Shown in pieces: positions 38,307 to 47,348 of a stretch of DNA of 64,000 bases; position 1 is the first letter of the stretch; each line of letters starts with the position of its first letter. The notes under the pieces are model-generated. The model saw nothing but the letters and a program-made list of their open reading frames with translations, had not been told where the DNA came from and did no database searches. The DNA is from Acidimicrobiia bacterium (GTDB taxonomy: Bacteria > Actinomycetota > Acidimicrobiia > Spongiisociales > ZC4RG35), in the NCBI GenBank assembly GCA_965216445.1, contig OZ244166.1, forward strand, positions 1,284,013-1,348,012. Reading direction: 5' to 3'. Both the position numbers and the translations under genes were made by a program.

Positions 38307-39227
38307 ATGCAGAATGTCATCGAACGTGTGCTGAACACGCTCATCTATCTCCTTGAGTCCGAGCGACCAGTCACCGCCGATGACATTCGTCGCACCGTGC
38401 CGGGTTACTCCGACCACAGCGACGAGGCCTTTCACCGGATGTTCGAACGCGATAAGGATGTATTGCGTCGGCTCGGAATCCCCCTCGAGCTGGTCGCTCT
38501 GGATGCATGGGAAGTTGACTTCGGGTACACCGTTGACCCTGAGAAATACGCCATAGACGATCCCGGGCTAACCACCGAGGAAAGGGCAGCCCTCTCGCTC
38601 GCCGCGCGGATGGTGCGTGTCGGCGGAAGTCATGCCGGTCTTGATGGACTTAACAAGCTGGGTGGCGTCGAACGTGGCGTCGGATTGGAGCCTTTCGGCG
38701 CCGATCTCGGATCCGAGGCCGAGGTGCTCGGGCAGCTGTTCGAAGCAGTATCCGGCCGTTGTCGGATTGAGATGAAATACCGGACCGCTTCGAGAACCGT
38801 TGAACCATATGGCGTGGCGTATCGACGTGGGCATTGGTATTTGGTTGGAGCGGTTGCAGGTGAAGAACGAATGTACCGCGTGGACAGGATCTCCTCTCTG
38901 AAACTCGGTGACTGTGGTGTCTTTGTGAGACCACGCGGGTTCGACATCAAGGCGGCCTTCCGGTCACATCCCTGGGAGTCGGGTCGCGACGAGGAGATAG
39001 TCGCTGAGGTTGTCTTCGATTCCGATGTCGCCTGGTGGGCCAGCAAGACCCTCGGTGTCAGCTACACCGAAGGTGCACTCCAAACCGAGATTCCGGTGTC
39101 GAACCGCGATGCCTTCATCGGTTGGATTCTCAGCTTCGGTCCCTCAGCCGAGGTGGTGGCTCCAGAGGACATCCGCCAAGAAATCCGATCACGTGTCGAG
39201 TCTGCACTGGAGCATGCCGGTCTATGA
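38307..39227 (+). CDS. pafB: WYL-domain transcriptional regulator PafB
   Basis: N-terminal winged helix-turn-helix plus a WYL domain (GHWYLVG). The position after pafA is conserved. Confidence 0.85.
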   Translation: MQNVIERVLNTLIYLLESERPVTADDIRRTVPGYSDHSDEAFHRMFERDKDVLRRLGIPLELVALDAWEVDFGYTVDPEKYAIDDPGLTTEERAALSLAARMVRVGGSHAGLDGLNKLGGVERGVGLEPFGADLGSEAEVLGQLFEAVSGRCRIEMKYRTASRTVEPYGVAYRRGHWYLVGAVAGEERMYRVDRISSLKLGDCGVFVRPRGFDIKAAFRSHPWESGRDEEIVAEVVFDSDVAWWASKTLGVSYTEGALQTEIPVSNRDAFIGWILSFGPSAEVVAPEDIRQEIRSRVESALEHAGL

Positions 39228-40153
39228 CCAGTCAACGAACCATCTCGCGGCTCTCGAGGATTCTCGGCCTGATTCCGTACGTATTGGCCAATCCCGGTGT
39301 GGATCTCGAGGAAGTCATGGAACGGTTCGGCTATAGCCAGGATGAGCTCACACGCGACTTGAACTCTGTCTTCGTTTGCGGTCTCCCCGGCTACGGGCCC
39401 GGCGATCTGATGGAGGCGTACATCGATGAAAACGAGGTGGTCATCGACTCAGCCGACTACTTCAGTCGGGCACCGAAGCTTTCGTCGGTAGAGGCTCTCG
39501 GCCTACTTGCTGCGGGATTGGCTGTGTCGGGGGCTGGGCAGGGTACCGAGGCCCTGGAATCAGCCATAGGGAAGCTGACGAAGGTCCTCCTACCCGAGGC
39601 CGATGAAGTGATCGACATCGACATCGCCCGGGCACCTGAAGAGATTTCGCTTCTTCGTTCAGCAATCGAAGAGTCGAAACCCGTCAGAATCCAATACCGC
39701 TCGCTGAGTCGCGAGGAGACGACGGAAAGAGTGGTTGAGCCCTGGGCGGTTTTCACGACCCTGGGCAACTGGTACCTGATGGGCCATTGTCGGATGGTCG
39801 ACGACACCCGAACGTTTCGCGTTGACAGGATACGAAGTCTCGACGTTTTGGACGAAGAGTTCCAGATGCCACGGTCAATCCCGGAGCCCGGAGTTGGATA
39901 CACGCCCTCCGATGGTGATGTGGCGGCCACAATCGATCTTTATCCGGCCGCGCGATGGGTCCTCGAGTACTACCCGGTGGAAGTGGTTTCTGAGTCAGAA
40001 AAGGCAACAAGAATAAGGTTTTCCTCTCCCGATCCGGAGCTCCCGGCGAGGTTGCTCATCCGTTTGGGAGAGACGGCGAAACTCATCAAGGGCGATGCGG
40101 TAAAAGACCGCCTCAATACCCTCGGGTCGGCCCTTGTCGCCAGGTATCAATAG
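39224..40153 (+). CDS. pafC: WYL-domain transcriptional regulator PafC
   Basis: HTH (ISRLSRILGLIPYVL) plus WYL (GNWYLMGHC). The ATG at 39224 forms an ATGA overlap with pafB. I regard the upstream extension in the ORF track as spurious. Confidence 0.85.
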   Translation: MTSQRTISRLSRILGLIPYVLANPGVDLEEVMERFGYSQDELTRDLNSVFVCGLPGYGPGDLMEAYIDENEVVIDSADYFSRAPKLSSVEALGLLAAGLAVSGAGQGTEALESAIGKLTKVLLPEADEVIDIDIARAPEEISLLRSAIEESKPVRIQYRSLSREETTERVVEPWAVFTTLGNWYLMGHCRMVDDTRTFRVDRIRSLDVLDEEFQMPRSIPEPGVGYTPSDGDVAATIDLYPAARWVLEYYPVEVVSESEKATRIRFSSPDPELPARLLIRLGETAKLIKGDAVKDRLNTLGSALVARYQ

Positions 40154-40235
40154 GGTCGTTCGACCTACCTATCTCCACTACAGGTTGCCGGTACCGGTGC
40201 CGATCACATGTGATATGGGTGACCGGAGAATCGGA

Positions 40236-40526
40236 ATGACGACCATCAAAACGACATGTGGCCATTGTGGCGACATTCATCTGACGCCAGACGACGTTGC
40301 ATTAGAGCTTCGTCCGGGTGGCAGGGAAGGCGATTACCGCTTTAGGTGCCCAACGTGTACCTCACAGCAGCGCCGACCGGCCAACTCACGAGTAGTCAGT
40401 GTTCTCCTCGCAACCGGAGTCGCGTATGAGGTCATCAATCCTGATCCGATCACCGAATCCGAGATCACGGCATTTGTCGACGCCCTCGAGCTGGAGCCTG
40501 ATCCGCTCCGACTCCTGGCCGGCTGA
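40236..40526 (+). CDS. small CxxC...CxxC zinc-ribbon-like protein, unknown function
   Basis: 96 aa from the ATG at 40236, with GGAGA 6 nt upstream. Cysteine pairs occur in TCGHCGD and RCPTCTS. A strong terminator follows. Confidence 0.5.
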   Translation: MTTIKTTCGHCGDIHLTPDDVALELRPGGREGDYRFRCPTCTSQQRRPANSRVVSVLLATGVAYEVINPDPITESEITAFVDALELEPDPLRLLAG

Positions 40527-40573
40527 TCTGAGGAAAACTGTCGACGGACGTTCCGGGCAGAGCCTCTGTCGAT

Positions 40574-40616
40574 GAGAAGTGGCGACTTCTGGGGGAGTCG
40601 CCACTTCTCCTTTTTT
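40574..40616 (+). terminator. strong rho-independent terminator
   Basis: A perfect 13-bp stem GAGAAGTGGCGAC / GTCGCCACTTCTC with a 10-nt loop, followed by C and then TTTTTT. Confidence 0.85.
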
Positions 40617-40635
40617 GCCCTCTACCATCGCCCTA

Positions 40636-41091
40636 ATGCTCCAAGGCGGCGAAATCCTCATCATTCTGGTTGTGGCACTGGTGGTCCTTGGTCCGGCGCG
40701 ACTGCCCGATGTCGCCCGAAAAGCGGGCAAGTGGGCAGCTGAGCTACGTCAGGCCGCAAAGGAGATCCGCCAGGGTCTCGAAGCTGAGGTAAGTGATCTC
40801 AAGGAAGCCTCAGAAGAATTCCGTGCCCTCAACGAAGAGATCAAAAAGCCTTTGGATGATGTCAAACGTGGTGTCGATGAGGTGGGGGTGAGCCGGTTGG
40901 AGTGGACGGGTCCCAAGCCAATATCGGGCCCGACTCCAGCCGACGCGATGGCTGACCTCGACAAGATCGAGGCCGGGTCGAAGGACCCGGATGAGGCTGA
41001 CGGATCCGACGCAGTTGAGTCAGACGAGACGGAACCTCCCGATGATGAAGGCCGGAGCTCCGACGAAGGCAACGTTGCGGGTGAAGCATGA
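40636..41091 (+). CDS. tatA: twin-arginine translocase TatA/TatB-family subunit with a long acidic tail
   Basis: MLQGGEILIILVVALVVLGPARLPDVARKAGKW is the TatA/B TM helix plus hinge plus amphipathic helix. 151 aa counted from the ATG at 40636. Confidence 0.85.
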   Translation: MLQGGEILIILVVALVVLGPARLPDVARKAGKWAAELRQAAKEIRQGLEAEVSDLKEASEEFRALNEEIKKPLDDVKRGVDEVGVSRLEWTGPKPISGPTPADAMADLDKIEAGSKDPDEADGSDAVESDETEPPDDEGRSSDEGNVAGEA

Positions 41092-41807
41092 TGACGGATG
41101 AACCCCAGTCGATTCTCTCTCATCTCGAGGAGCTTCGATGGCGGCTGGTGAAGATCGCAATTGCGCTGGTGGTTGCCGGCGGAATCGCATTGATCTTCGT
41201 CGATCAGATCACAGAGATTCTCGAGGAGCCCTTTTTCCGGGCTGCACCCGACTCCACACTTCAAACGATTCTTGTCGGGGAGCAGTGGGGGATTCTGATG
41301 AGGATTGGGCTGTTTGGAGGATTGATCCTGGGCAGCCCGGTCGTGTTGTATCAGATCTGGGCTTTCATCAACCCTGCCCTCACCAGCCGTGAGCGGAAGT
41401 GGGCGATCCCCATAGTGGCTGCGATGGTCGTTCTGTTCCTCGGAGGAGTTGTGTTTGGGTATTGGGCGCTTCCCCGAGGTCTCGAGTTTCTTCTTGGGAT
41501 ATTCGAGGGTGTGCGGACGGATCTCCAACTGGGTCAGTATTACTCGTTCACGCTCCGATTCCTTCTTGCGTTCGGTGTTGCATTTCTGTACCCGGTGTTT
41601 CTGTATGCGGCTGCGGCAGCCAATGTTGTCACCGCAGAGCAGCTGGCAAGGGGGCGACGGTGGGCTGTTGTCATCGTTGTAACAGGGGCAGCATTGATCA
41701 CACCCACTGGCGACGCGTTCACTCTGCTGGTGCTCTCAGTGCCGCTCTACCTGATGTACGAAGCGACCTATTGGCTGGTTCGGTTGACGCTACGACGGAG
41801 CGGATAG
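41088..41807 (+). CDS. tatC: twin-arginine translocase subunit TatC
   Basis: 239 aa, six TM segments. HLEELRWRL near the N-terminus. ATGA overlap with tatA. Confidence 0.93.
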   Translation: MMTDEPQSILSHLEELRWRLVKIAIALVVAGGIALIFVDQITEILEEPFFRAAPDSTLQTILVGEQWGILMRIGLFGGLILGSPVVLYQIWAFINPALTSRERKWAIPIVAAMVVLFLGGVVFGYWALPRGLEFLLGIFEGVRTDLQLGQYYSFTLRFLLAFGVAFLYPVFLYAAAAANVVTAEQLARGRRWAVVIVVTGAALITPTGDAFTLLVLSVPLYLMYEATYWLVRLTLRRSG

Positions 41808-44353
41808 TGAGCTATCGCCTCAACAGCTTCTGGGAGGATTTGCCGATTGTCCCGGACGAATTCCAGATTGAAGCGGGGGAGGCTCTCGAAGATGGGCATT
41901 CTGTCGTCGTGACTGCACCGACAGGGTCGGGAAAGACCCTGGTCGCAGATGCTGCCATCTTTCTTGCCAGACTCGATGGGAGACGAGTCTTCTACACGAC
42001 GCCCATCAAAGCTCTCTCAAACCAGAAGTACGCCGATTTCTGCGCCGCGCACGGAAGTGAGAATGTAGGGCTGCTGACCGGAGACAACGTCATCAACGGC
42101 GATGCCGATATCGTTGTCATGACCACCGAAGTTCTCCGCAACATGATCTATGCCGATGCGAGTCGGCTCGATCGCGTGGCGTATGTGGTTCTCGATGAGG
42201 TCCACTACCTGCAAGATCGGATGCGCGGGGCCGTTTGGGAGGAAGTGATCATTCATTGCCCGCTCAATGTGCGGCTGGTATGCCTATCGGCCACGGTCTC
42301 GAACAATGCCGAGTTCGCAGCCTGGGTCGGGGAGCGACGCGGCTCAACGCGACTCATATCGACTGAACATCGTCCAGTCCCGCTCGAGTCGATGTACATG
42401 CTCAAGGACAAGGTCGGTGACCACACGTTGCATCTGCTTCCCACCTTCGTCACCAGGGAAGGGAGGCGGCGGCCCAATCCGAGGATTGAACACATGCTCG
42501 GCTTGGAACGGGGGAGGAAGACTCGCTTCAAGACGCCCAACCGGGTCGAGACCACCACACGACTCCACGATGAGGGAATGCTGCCCGCCATCTATTTCAT
42601 CTTCAGCCGGGCCGGGTGTGACACGGCAGCCCGCCGGCTCGCCGATGCTGGAGTGAAGCTCACCAACTCGGCGGAGCGACGACGCATTGTCGAGATTGCC
42701 GAGACCAGAACGGCCCACATCGCAGATCGAGACCTCAAAGTCCTCGGCTACAACGAGTGGGCTTACGCACTCGAGCAGGGCATTGGATCACACCATGCTG
42801 GCTTGGTCCCTGCATTCAAAGAGACTGTTGAGGAGCTTTTCGAGTCGGGCCTGCTCAAGATCGTCTTCGCAACGGAAACTCTGGCTCTCGGGATCAATAT
42901 GCCGGCCCGCACAGTTGTCATCGAGAGTCTCTCCAGATACAACGGGGAGTCCCACGAGATTCTTCGTCCGGGCGATTACACGCAGCTAACCGGACGAGCC
43001 GGTCGGCGAGGAATCGATGTCGAGGGCTACGGTGTCGTACTCCACTCACAGTATGTGAGGTTCTCCAACGTCACCGATGTTGCCGCTGTGGGATCACATG
43101 CGCTGAAATCGAGCTTCCGACCGACGTACAACATGACCGCAAACCTGGTTGCGAAGTATCACAAGGAGCAGGCCGAGCAACTGCTCGCATCTTCGTTCGC
43201 CGCTTATCAGAGAGAGGGGGCGCGTCACGCAGCCGAGCGAACGATCGACGCGCTCGAAGCTCAGTTCGCTGCGGAGGTCGAGAAGGCAGAATGTGAACAA
43301 GGGTCGGTTGAGGAATACCTCGCTTTGGTCGAATCGGCTCAACCTACGCGCCACGCCGACAGTATCGCCTCGACGTTGTCGGAAGGAGCTGTTGTGGACG
43401 TTGCTGGCGGTGCCAGACAAGGCAGGTATGTGGTGTTGAAGAGGCTCGCCCGCAAGAACGGCGCCCGATACCTGGTCTTGTCAACATCCGGTCGGGTCTC
43501 GACACTTGGCTATCGGGAAATCGTTGCCGGCAGTACCCACGTAGGGTCTATGCGTCTCCCCAGACCGATGAAGCCACGGGACCGACGGTTTGCTCAGGAA
43601 ACACTGCGCCGATTGCGGAAGGTCCCAAGTGAACCGAAATCTACCTCGAGAACGCCGCCTAACCCTCTGACAAATCACCCTGTGGCGAGTTGCCCCGATG
43701 CCAAGAGGCACCTAGCCGCTGCGAGACAGGTCAAGCGTCTCGGTCGCAAATTGGAACAGCATCGGGCGAATCGTCGCTCCAGCGGTTTCGGTCTTGTCGA
43801 GGAGTTCCACTCCATCTCGGGTCTCCTGGAAGACATGGGTTATCTGGACGGGTGGGCACTCACGGCTCGGGGGGAAAGGCTTCGCGGTGTCTACAACGAG
43901 TCCGATCTGCTGCTGACCGAGTGCATGGAGCGAGGCATCCTGTATGGGCTCGAACCGCCTCAGCTGGCGGCTTTGTTATCCGTGTTCGTCTACGAACCCC
44001 GGAGCGATCAGGTCTCGCCTGCAAACTGGAGCACACCCGAGCTGCACGAGCGATGGAATCAGATAGAGACCGTTTGGGCCGACCTCGTCTCTAAAGAGCG
44101 AGAGGCAAAACTGAGTCCGACCCGAAGGCCGGACCCGGGTTTTGGAGAACAAGCGCGTCGCTGGGTGTCAGGCGAGGACTTCGACCAAATCACCACCGGT
44201 GCGATGGCACCCGGCGACTTTGTACGCGTTGGTCGCCAGCTTGTTGACCTGATCAAGCAAGTCCGCGACGTTTCCCCAGACATGTATACCGAGTGTCAAG
44301 CAGCATTGTCTGGACTCGATCGCGGTGTGGTTGCAGCACAAGGTGCAGCGTGA
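41807..44353 (+). CDS. helY: Ski2-like DEAD/DEAH-box helicase HelY
   Basis: It aligns by eye with mycobacterial HelY from FQIEAGEALEDGHSVVVTAPTGSGKT..FYTTPIKALSNQK. DEVH box. The GTG at 41807 overlaps the tatC stop. I regard the 984-aa ORF-track model as an upstream extension across tatC. Confidence 0.9.
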   Translation: MSYRLNSFWEDLPIVPDEFQIEAGEALEDGHSVVVTAPTGSGKTLVADAAIFLARLDGRRVFYTTPIKALSNQKYADFCAAHGSENVGLLTGDNVINGDADIVVMTTEVLRNMIYADASRLDRVAYVVLDEVHYLQDRMRGAVWEEVIIHCPLNVRLVCLSATVSNNAEFAAWVGERRGSTRLISTEHRPVPLESMYMLKDKVGDHTLHLLPTFVTREGRRRPNPRIEHMLGLERGRKTRFKTPNRVETTTRLHDEGMLPAIYFIFSRAGCDTAARRLADAGVKLTNSAERRRIVEIAETRTAHIADRDLKVLGYNEWAYALEQGIGSHHAGLVPAFKETVEELFESGLLKIVFATETLALGINMPARTVVIESLSRYNGESHEILRPGDYTQLTGRAGRRGIDVEGYGVVLHSQYVRFSNVTDVAAVGSHALKSSFRPTYNMTANLVAKYHKEQAEQLLASSFAAYQREGARHAAERTIDALEAQFAAEVEKAECEQGSVEEYLALVESAQPTRHADSIASTLSEGAVVDVAGGARQGRYVVLKRLARKNGARYLVLSTSGRVSTLGYREIVAGSTHVGSMRLPRPMKPRDRRFAQETLRRLRKVPSEPKSTSRTPPNPLTNHPVASCPDAKRHLAAARQVKRLGRKLEQHRANRRSSGFGLVEEFHSISGLLEDMGYLDGWALTARGERLRGVYNESDLLLTECMERGILYGLEPPQLAALLSVFVYEPRSDQVSPANWSTPELHERWNQIETVWADLVSKEREAKLSPTRRPDPGFGEQARRWVSGEDFDQITTGAMAPGDFVRVGRQLVDLIKQVRDVSPDMYTECQAALSGLDRGVVAAQGAA

Positions 44354-45234
44354 GCAAATGGATGGTGGCCGTCAACGCTGACGCAGGTCGTCGGAGTGTC
44401 AATGTGGACCGTTTGCGCAGCACACTCGACGGTGTGGGTCTCGACTACGAGCTGGTGATGCCGGTGGGTTCCGATGAAATGACAGCGGCGATCGTGACGG
44501 CCGTGAAGTCGGGACAGAACCACATCGCCCTTGTTGGTGGCGACGGGACCGTCAACCTCGCAATCAACGCATTGATGCCGCTGGATACGGGGACCCGGCC
44601 GGTAATTGGCATTCTTCCAGCCGGAACTGGATGTGACCTATTGCGCACATTCGGGATATCACAGAAGATCGAGGAGGCCGCCAAACATCTCGTAACCGAT
44701 GACGTATATGCGATCGACGTTGCAGAGATCGATGGCGAATGGGGCCGACGCCATTTCGTCAACGTTGCTCAGGCAGGGGTTGGTGCGGCCGCCGCTCAGA
44801 CCGCCCCAAAGATCAGCCGAAGATTCGGAGCATCCCGATACCCTGCAGCTTTCGCGGCGCGACTACCTCGATTCCCGAAGGCGGAGATCACGCTGACCAC
44901 CGACCGTCGAACCGTCGAGTCTGAGGCACTTGCTGTCATATTCGCCAACGCCCAATTCTTCGCTGGAGGTTGGAACGTGGCACCGCGGGCGACACTGATC
45001 GACGGTGTCCTGGATATCCAAATCATCGATGCTTCGAAGTCAAGAGCGCCAGCTTTGGTCCCAAAGGTGGTAAAAGGTACCCATCTGAGCGATCGCGCAG
45101 TCCGCAGACTGTCGGTTGCGGAGTTCGATTTGAAGGTGCGGCCCGTGTGGCCCGTGGAAGTTGATGGAGATTATCTCGGGAATACCGACATATCTGGACG
45201 GGTTGTCCCGGCCGCTATCAACCTAAAGATTTGA
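44350..45234 (+). CDS. diacylglycerol/lipid kinase family protein
   Basis: GGDGTVN catalytic-domain motif, about 295 aa. GTG start in a GTGA overlap with helY; ATG 44362 is an alternative. Confidence 0.85.
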   Translation: MSKWMVAVNADAGRRSVNVDRLRSTLDGVGLDYELVMPVGSDEMTAAIVTAVKSGQNHIALVGGDGTVNLAINALMPLDTGTRPVIGILPAGTGCDLLRTFGISQKIEEAAKHLVTDDVYAIDVAEIDGEWGRRHFVNVAQAGVGAAAAQTAPKISRRFGASRYPAAFAARLPRFPKAEITLTTDRRTVESEALAVIFANAQFFAGGWNVAPRATLIDGVLDIQIIDASKSRAPALVPKVVKGTHLSDRAVRRLSVAEFDLKVRPVWPVEVDGDYLGNTDISGRVVPAAINLKI

Positions 45235-45278
45235 GAGTTATACGTATACTCCCGGCGCTTGAGAGGGGTAATTGAAAA

Positions 45279-45737
45279 ATGGCCAAGAAAAAGACCTCAA
45301 CTGAGGTAGAAGAAGTTCTCGACGAAGTCGATCCCGACCTCGATGAAGACCTCGACGAAGACCTTGACGACGATGTCATCGAGGATCTGGACGACGTCAT
45401 CGATGATCTCGATGTGGACGTTGACATCGACGACGATGACGAACCTGAAAGTCCCGAGTCGGGTGGCGGAAAGGCCGACCAGGACGAAGAGACAACCGAA
45501 GCTCTCGAAGAATTGGAGACTCAGGAACTCCAGCTGCTCGAGGAGGAGAAAAACGACAATCTGCTGGTAGACGAGGTAGAGGAGCTGCGTGCCATCCGAC
45601 GCGAAGAACTCACCATGAACGTCGATACCCAATCACAACGCTCCGACGAATTTGTTTGCCAATCTTGTTTCATGGTGAAACGCACTAGCCAGCTGGCGAA
45701 TAAGCGAAAGAAGCTCTGCGCTGACTGTGCCGGCTGA
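45279..45737 (+). CDS. DUF4193-like protein (poly-acidic N-terminus, C-terminal CxxC..CxxC)
   Basis: 152 aa. An extremely D/E-rich first 100 aa are followed by EFVCQSCFMVKRTSQLANKRKKLCADC, which is typical of actinobacterial DUF4193 proteins. Confidence 0.7.
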   Translation: MAKKKTSTEVEEVLDEVDPDLDEDLDEDLDDDVIEDLDDVIDDLDVDVDIDDDDEPESPESGGGKADQDEETTEALEELETQELQLLEEEKNDNLLVDEVEELRAIRREELTMNVDTQSQRSDEFVCQSCFMVKRTSQLANKRKKLCADCAG

Positions 45738-46464
45738 TCGGGTCACAGTTGTCATTCCAACGTACAACGAGCGTGAAAACCTCGCTCACATCGTTTCGGC
45801 GGTAAGCCACCAGGGATACCGGATACTTGTCGTTGACGACAACTCGCCCGACGGGACGGGAGAACTGGCAAAACGGCTGAGCGATGATGACGCCAGAATC
45901 TCGGTGCTGCATCGCCGAGAGAAGGAAGGGCTGGGTCCGGCATACGCAGCAGGATTTGATCGAGCCATCGAAGATGGTGCAGAAATCATTGTCGAGATGG
46001 ATGCCGACTTTTCCCACGATCCCTCGGACCTCCCGCGTTTGGTTTCAGCGGTTGAATCAGGTGCCGACCTGGCGATTGGATCACGCTATGTACCGGGTGG
46101 TTCTACTCCCGACTGGCCCCTTTTTCGGCAACTCATATCCAGGGGAGGGAATGTCTACGCTCGGTTCATGTTGGGGATACCAATCCGTGATGCCACCGCC
46201 GGGTTCCGAGCCTTCCGGCGTGGAGCTCTTCAGACATTGCCATACCGCAAGGCTGAGGCCTCCGGATACGGGTTTCAGGTGGAGATGGCATGGCGTGCTA
46301 TCCAATCGGGTTTGACTGTGGTTGAGATACCAATTGCGTTTCATGACCGAGCACACGGGACCTCAAAGATGGGGTCGGACATCGTGAAGGAGGCAATGCG
46401 GTTGGTCACCAAGTGGGGATATGCGAGATGGAGCGAACGACTCAGGTTTTGGAAGAATGATTGA
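45727..46464 (+). CDS. ppm1: polyprenol-phosphate mannose synthase (GT2; Ppm1/Dpm1-like)
   Basis: VVIPTYNERENL, VVDDNSPDGT and MDADFSHDP motifs. 245 aa. Confidence 0.88.
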   Translation: MPADRVTVVIPTYNERENLAHIVSAVSHQGYRILVVDDNSPDGTGELAKRLSDDDARISVLHRREKEGLGPAYAAGFDRAIEDGAEIIVEMDADFSHDPSDLPRLVSAVESGADLAIGSRYVPGGSTPDWPLFRQLISRGGNVYARFMLGIPIRDATAGFRAFRRGALQTLPYRKAEASGYGFQVEMAWRAIQSGLTVVEIPIAFHDRAHGTSKMGSDIVKEAMRLVTKWGYARWSERLRFWKND

Positions 46465-46930
46465 GGCAAGGTTGGCCACACCGGTGGATGTCCCATCGTT
46501 GACAAATCTCTACCGGATGCTGGAGAAAGAGATGGTGGCGCTGCATCCGATGTGGCCCCTCGCCGACGGATTGAAGGAACCCGTTGAAGCTTCGCTTGCC
46601 ACATCGATCGGAGACCCGTCTCAGGTAGTGATAGTCGGGGAAATCGATGGGTACCCGTTTGGATTCCTGTTGGGCAAGGTCGAACCACTCCTTCCACAGG
46701 CACGTGGTGAGCTGGTGGGGTCGATCCGTCTGGTTTTTGTCGAAGAAGAAGCACGTCAAGTCGCGGTGGGCGAGGCAATGCGGGATATGGCCATGGACTT
46801 GTTCCGGGAAAAGGGCATCACGAAATTCGATGCGCATGTTTTGCCGGGTCACCGGCTCGCCAAGAACTTCTTTGAAGCGGGTGGTTTCAGTGCTCGTTCC
46901 ATCGTTATGCATCATGACGACCAGCGATAG
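46457..46930 (+). CDS. GNAT-family N-acetyltransferase
   Basis: 157 aa from the ATG at 46457. It has an acetyl-CoA-binding-like segment, VFVEEEARQVAVGEAM. Confidence 0.65.
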   Translation: MIEARLATPVDVPSLTNLYRMLEKEMVALHPMWPLADGLKEPVEASLATSIGDPSQVVIVGEIDGYPFGFLLGKVEPLLPQARGELVGSIRLVFVEEEARQVAVGEAMRDMAMDLFREKGITKFDAHVLPGHRLAKNFFEAGGFSARSIVMHHDDQR

Positions 46931-46934
46931 GACG

Positions 46935-47348
46935 ATGAGCGAGAGAGCGCGACCGGTCATTGCAACCGGGGTGGCAATTGTCGAAGGGGACGAGATACTC
47001 CTGATCCAGAGAGGGAGTGATCCGAACAAGGGTCTTTGGGCTGTCCCCGGCGGCAAGGTGGATTATGGAGAAACGCTTGCGGAAGCTGCCACCCGCGAAG
47101 TGAAAGAAGAGACCGGTTTATTGGTGAAGCTCGACGAGGTCATCTGGGTAGGGGAGTCGATCGGTGAGCATCACCACCTGGTTCTCATCGACTTTTTGGG
47201 GGAGGCCACTGGCGGTGAACTCGCCGCTTCCGATGACGCGGACGCAGCCTGCTGGGTACGCATCGAGGATGCGTATGAGCTCGACATGCCTCCAACTATG
47301 TATGAGCTGCTCGATGTTCTCCTCGAAATGTTGGATGACGATGAGTGA
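46935..47348 (+). CDS. NUDIX hydrolase
   Basis: Nudix box GGKVDYGETLAEAATREVKEETG. I set the start at the ATG at 46935. Confidence 0.88.
   Translation: MSERARPVIATGVAIVEGDEILLIQRGSDPNKGLWAVPGGKVDYGETLAEAATREVKEETGLLVKLDEVIWVGESIGEHHHLVLIDFLGEATGGELAASDDADAACWVRIEDAYELDMPPTMYELLDVLLEMLDDDE

Noticed and set aside
37404-38435. A 343-aa minus-strand ORF covering the 3' half of pafA and the pafA-pafB junction.
   Set aside because: It is antisense to a gene with unambiguous PafA motifs, it has no recognisable domains, and it shows the same GC3 artefact as the ORFs above.
41399-41806. The N-terminal 136 aa of the 984-aa helicase ORF, overlapping tatC in another frame. The same kind of upstream extension occurs at 39035 (pafC), 46647 (NUDIX), 47164 (M20), 48402 (HAD), 54907 (xerD), 57404 (scpB), 60192 (cmk) and 44293 (lipid kinase).
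   Set aside because: The extensions are Cys/Arg/Ser-rich nonsense that overlaps well-supported genes. Family-conserved N-termini begin at internal ATG or GTG codons located at, or within a few nt of, the upstream stop codon.
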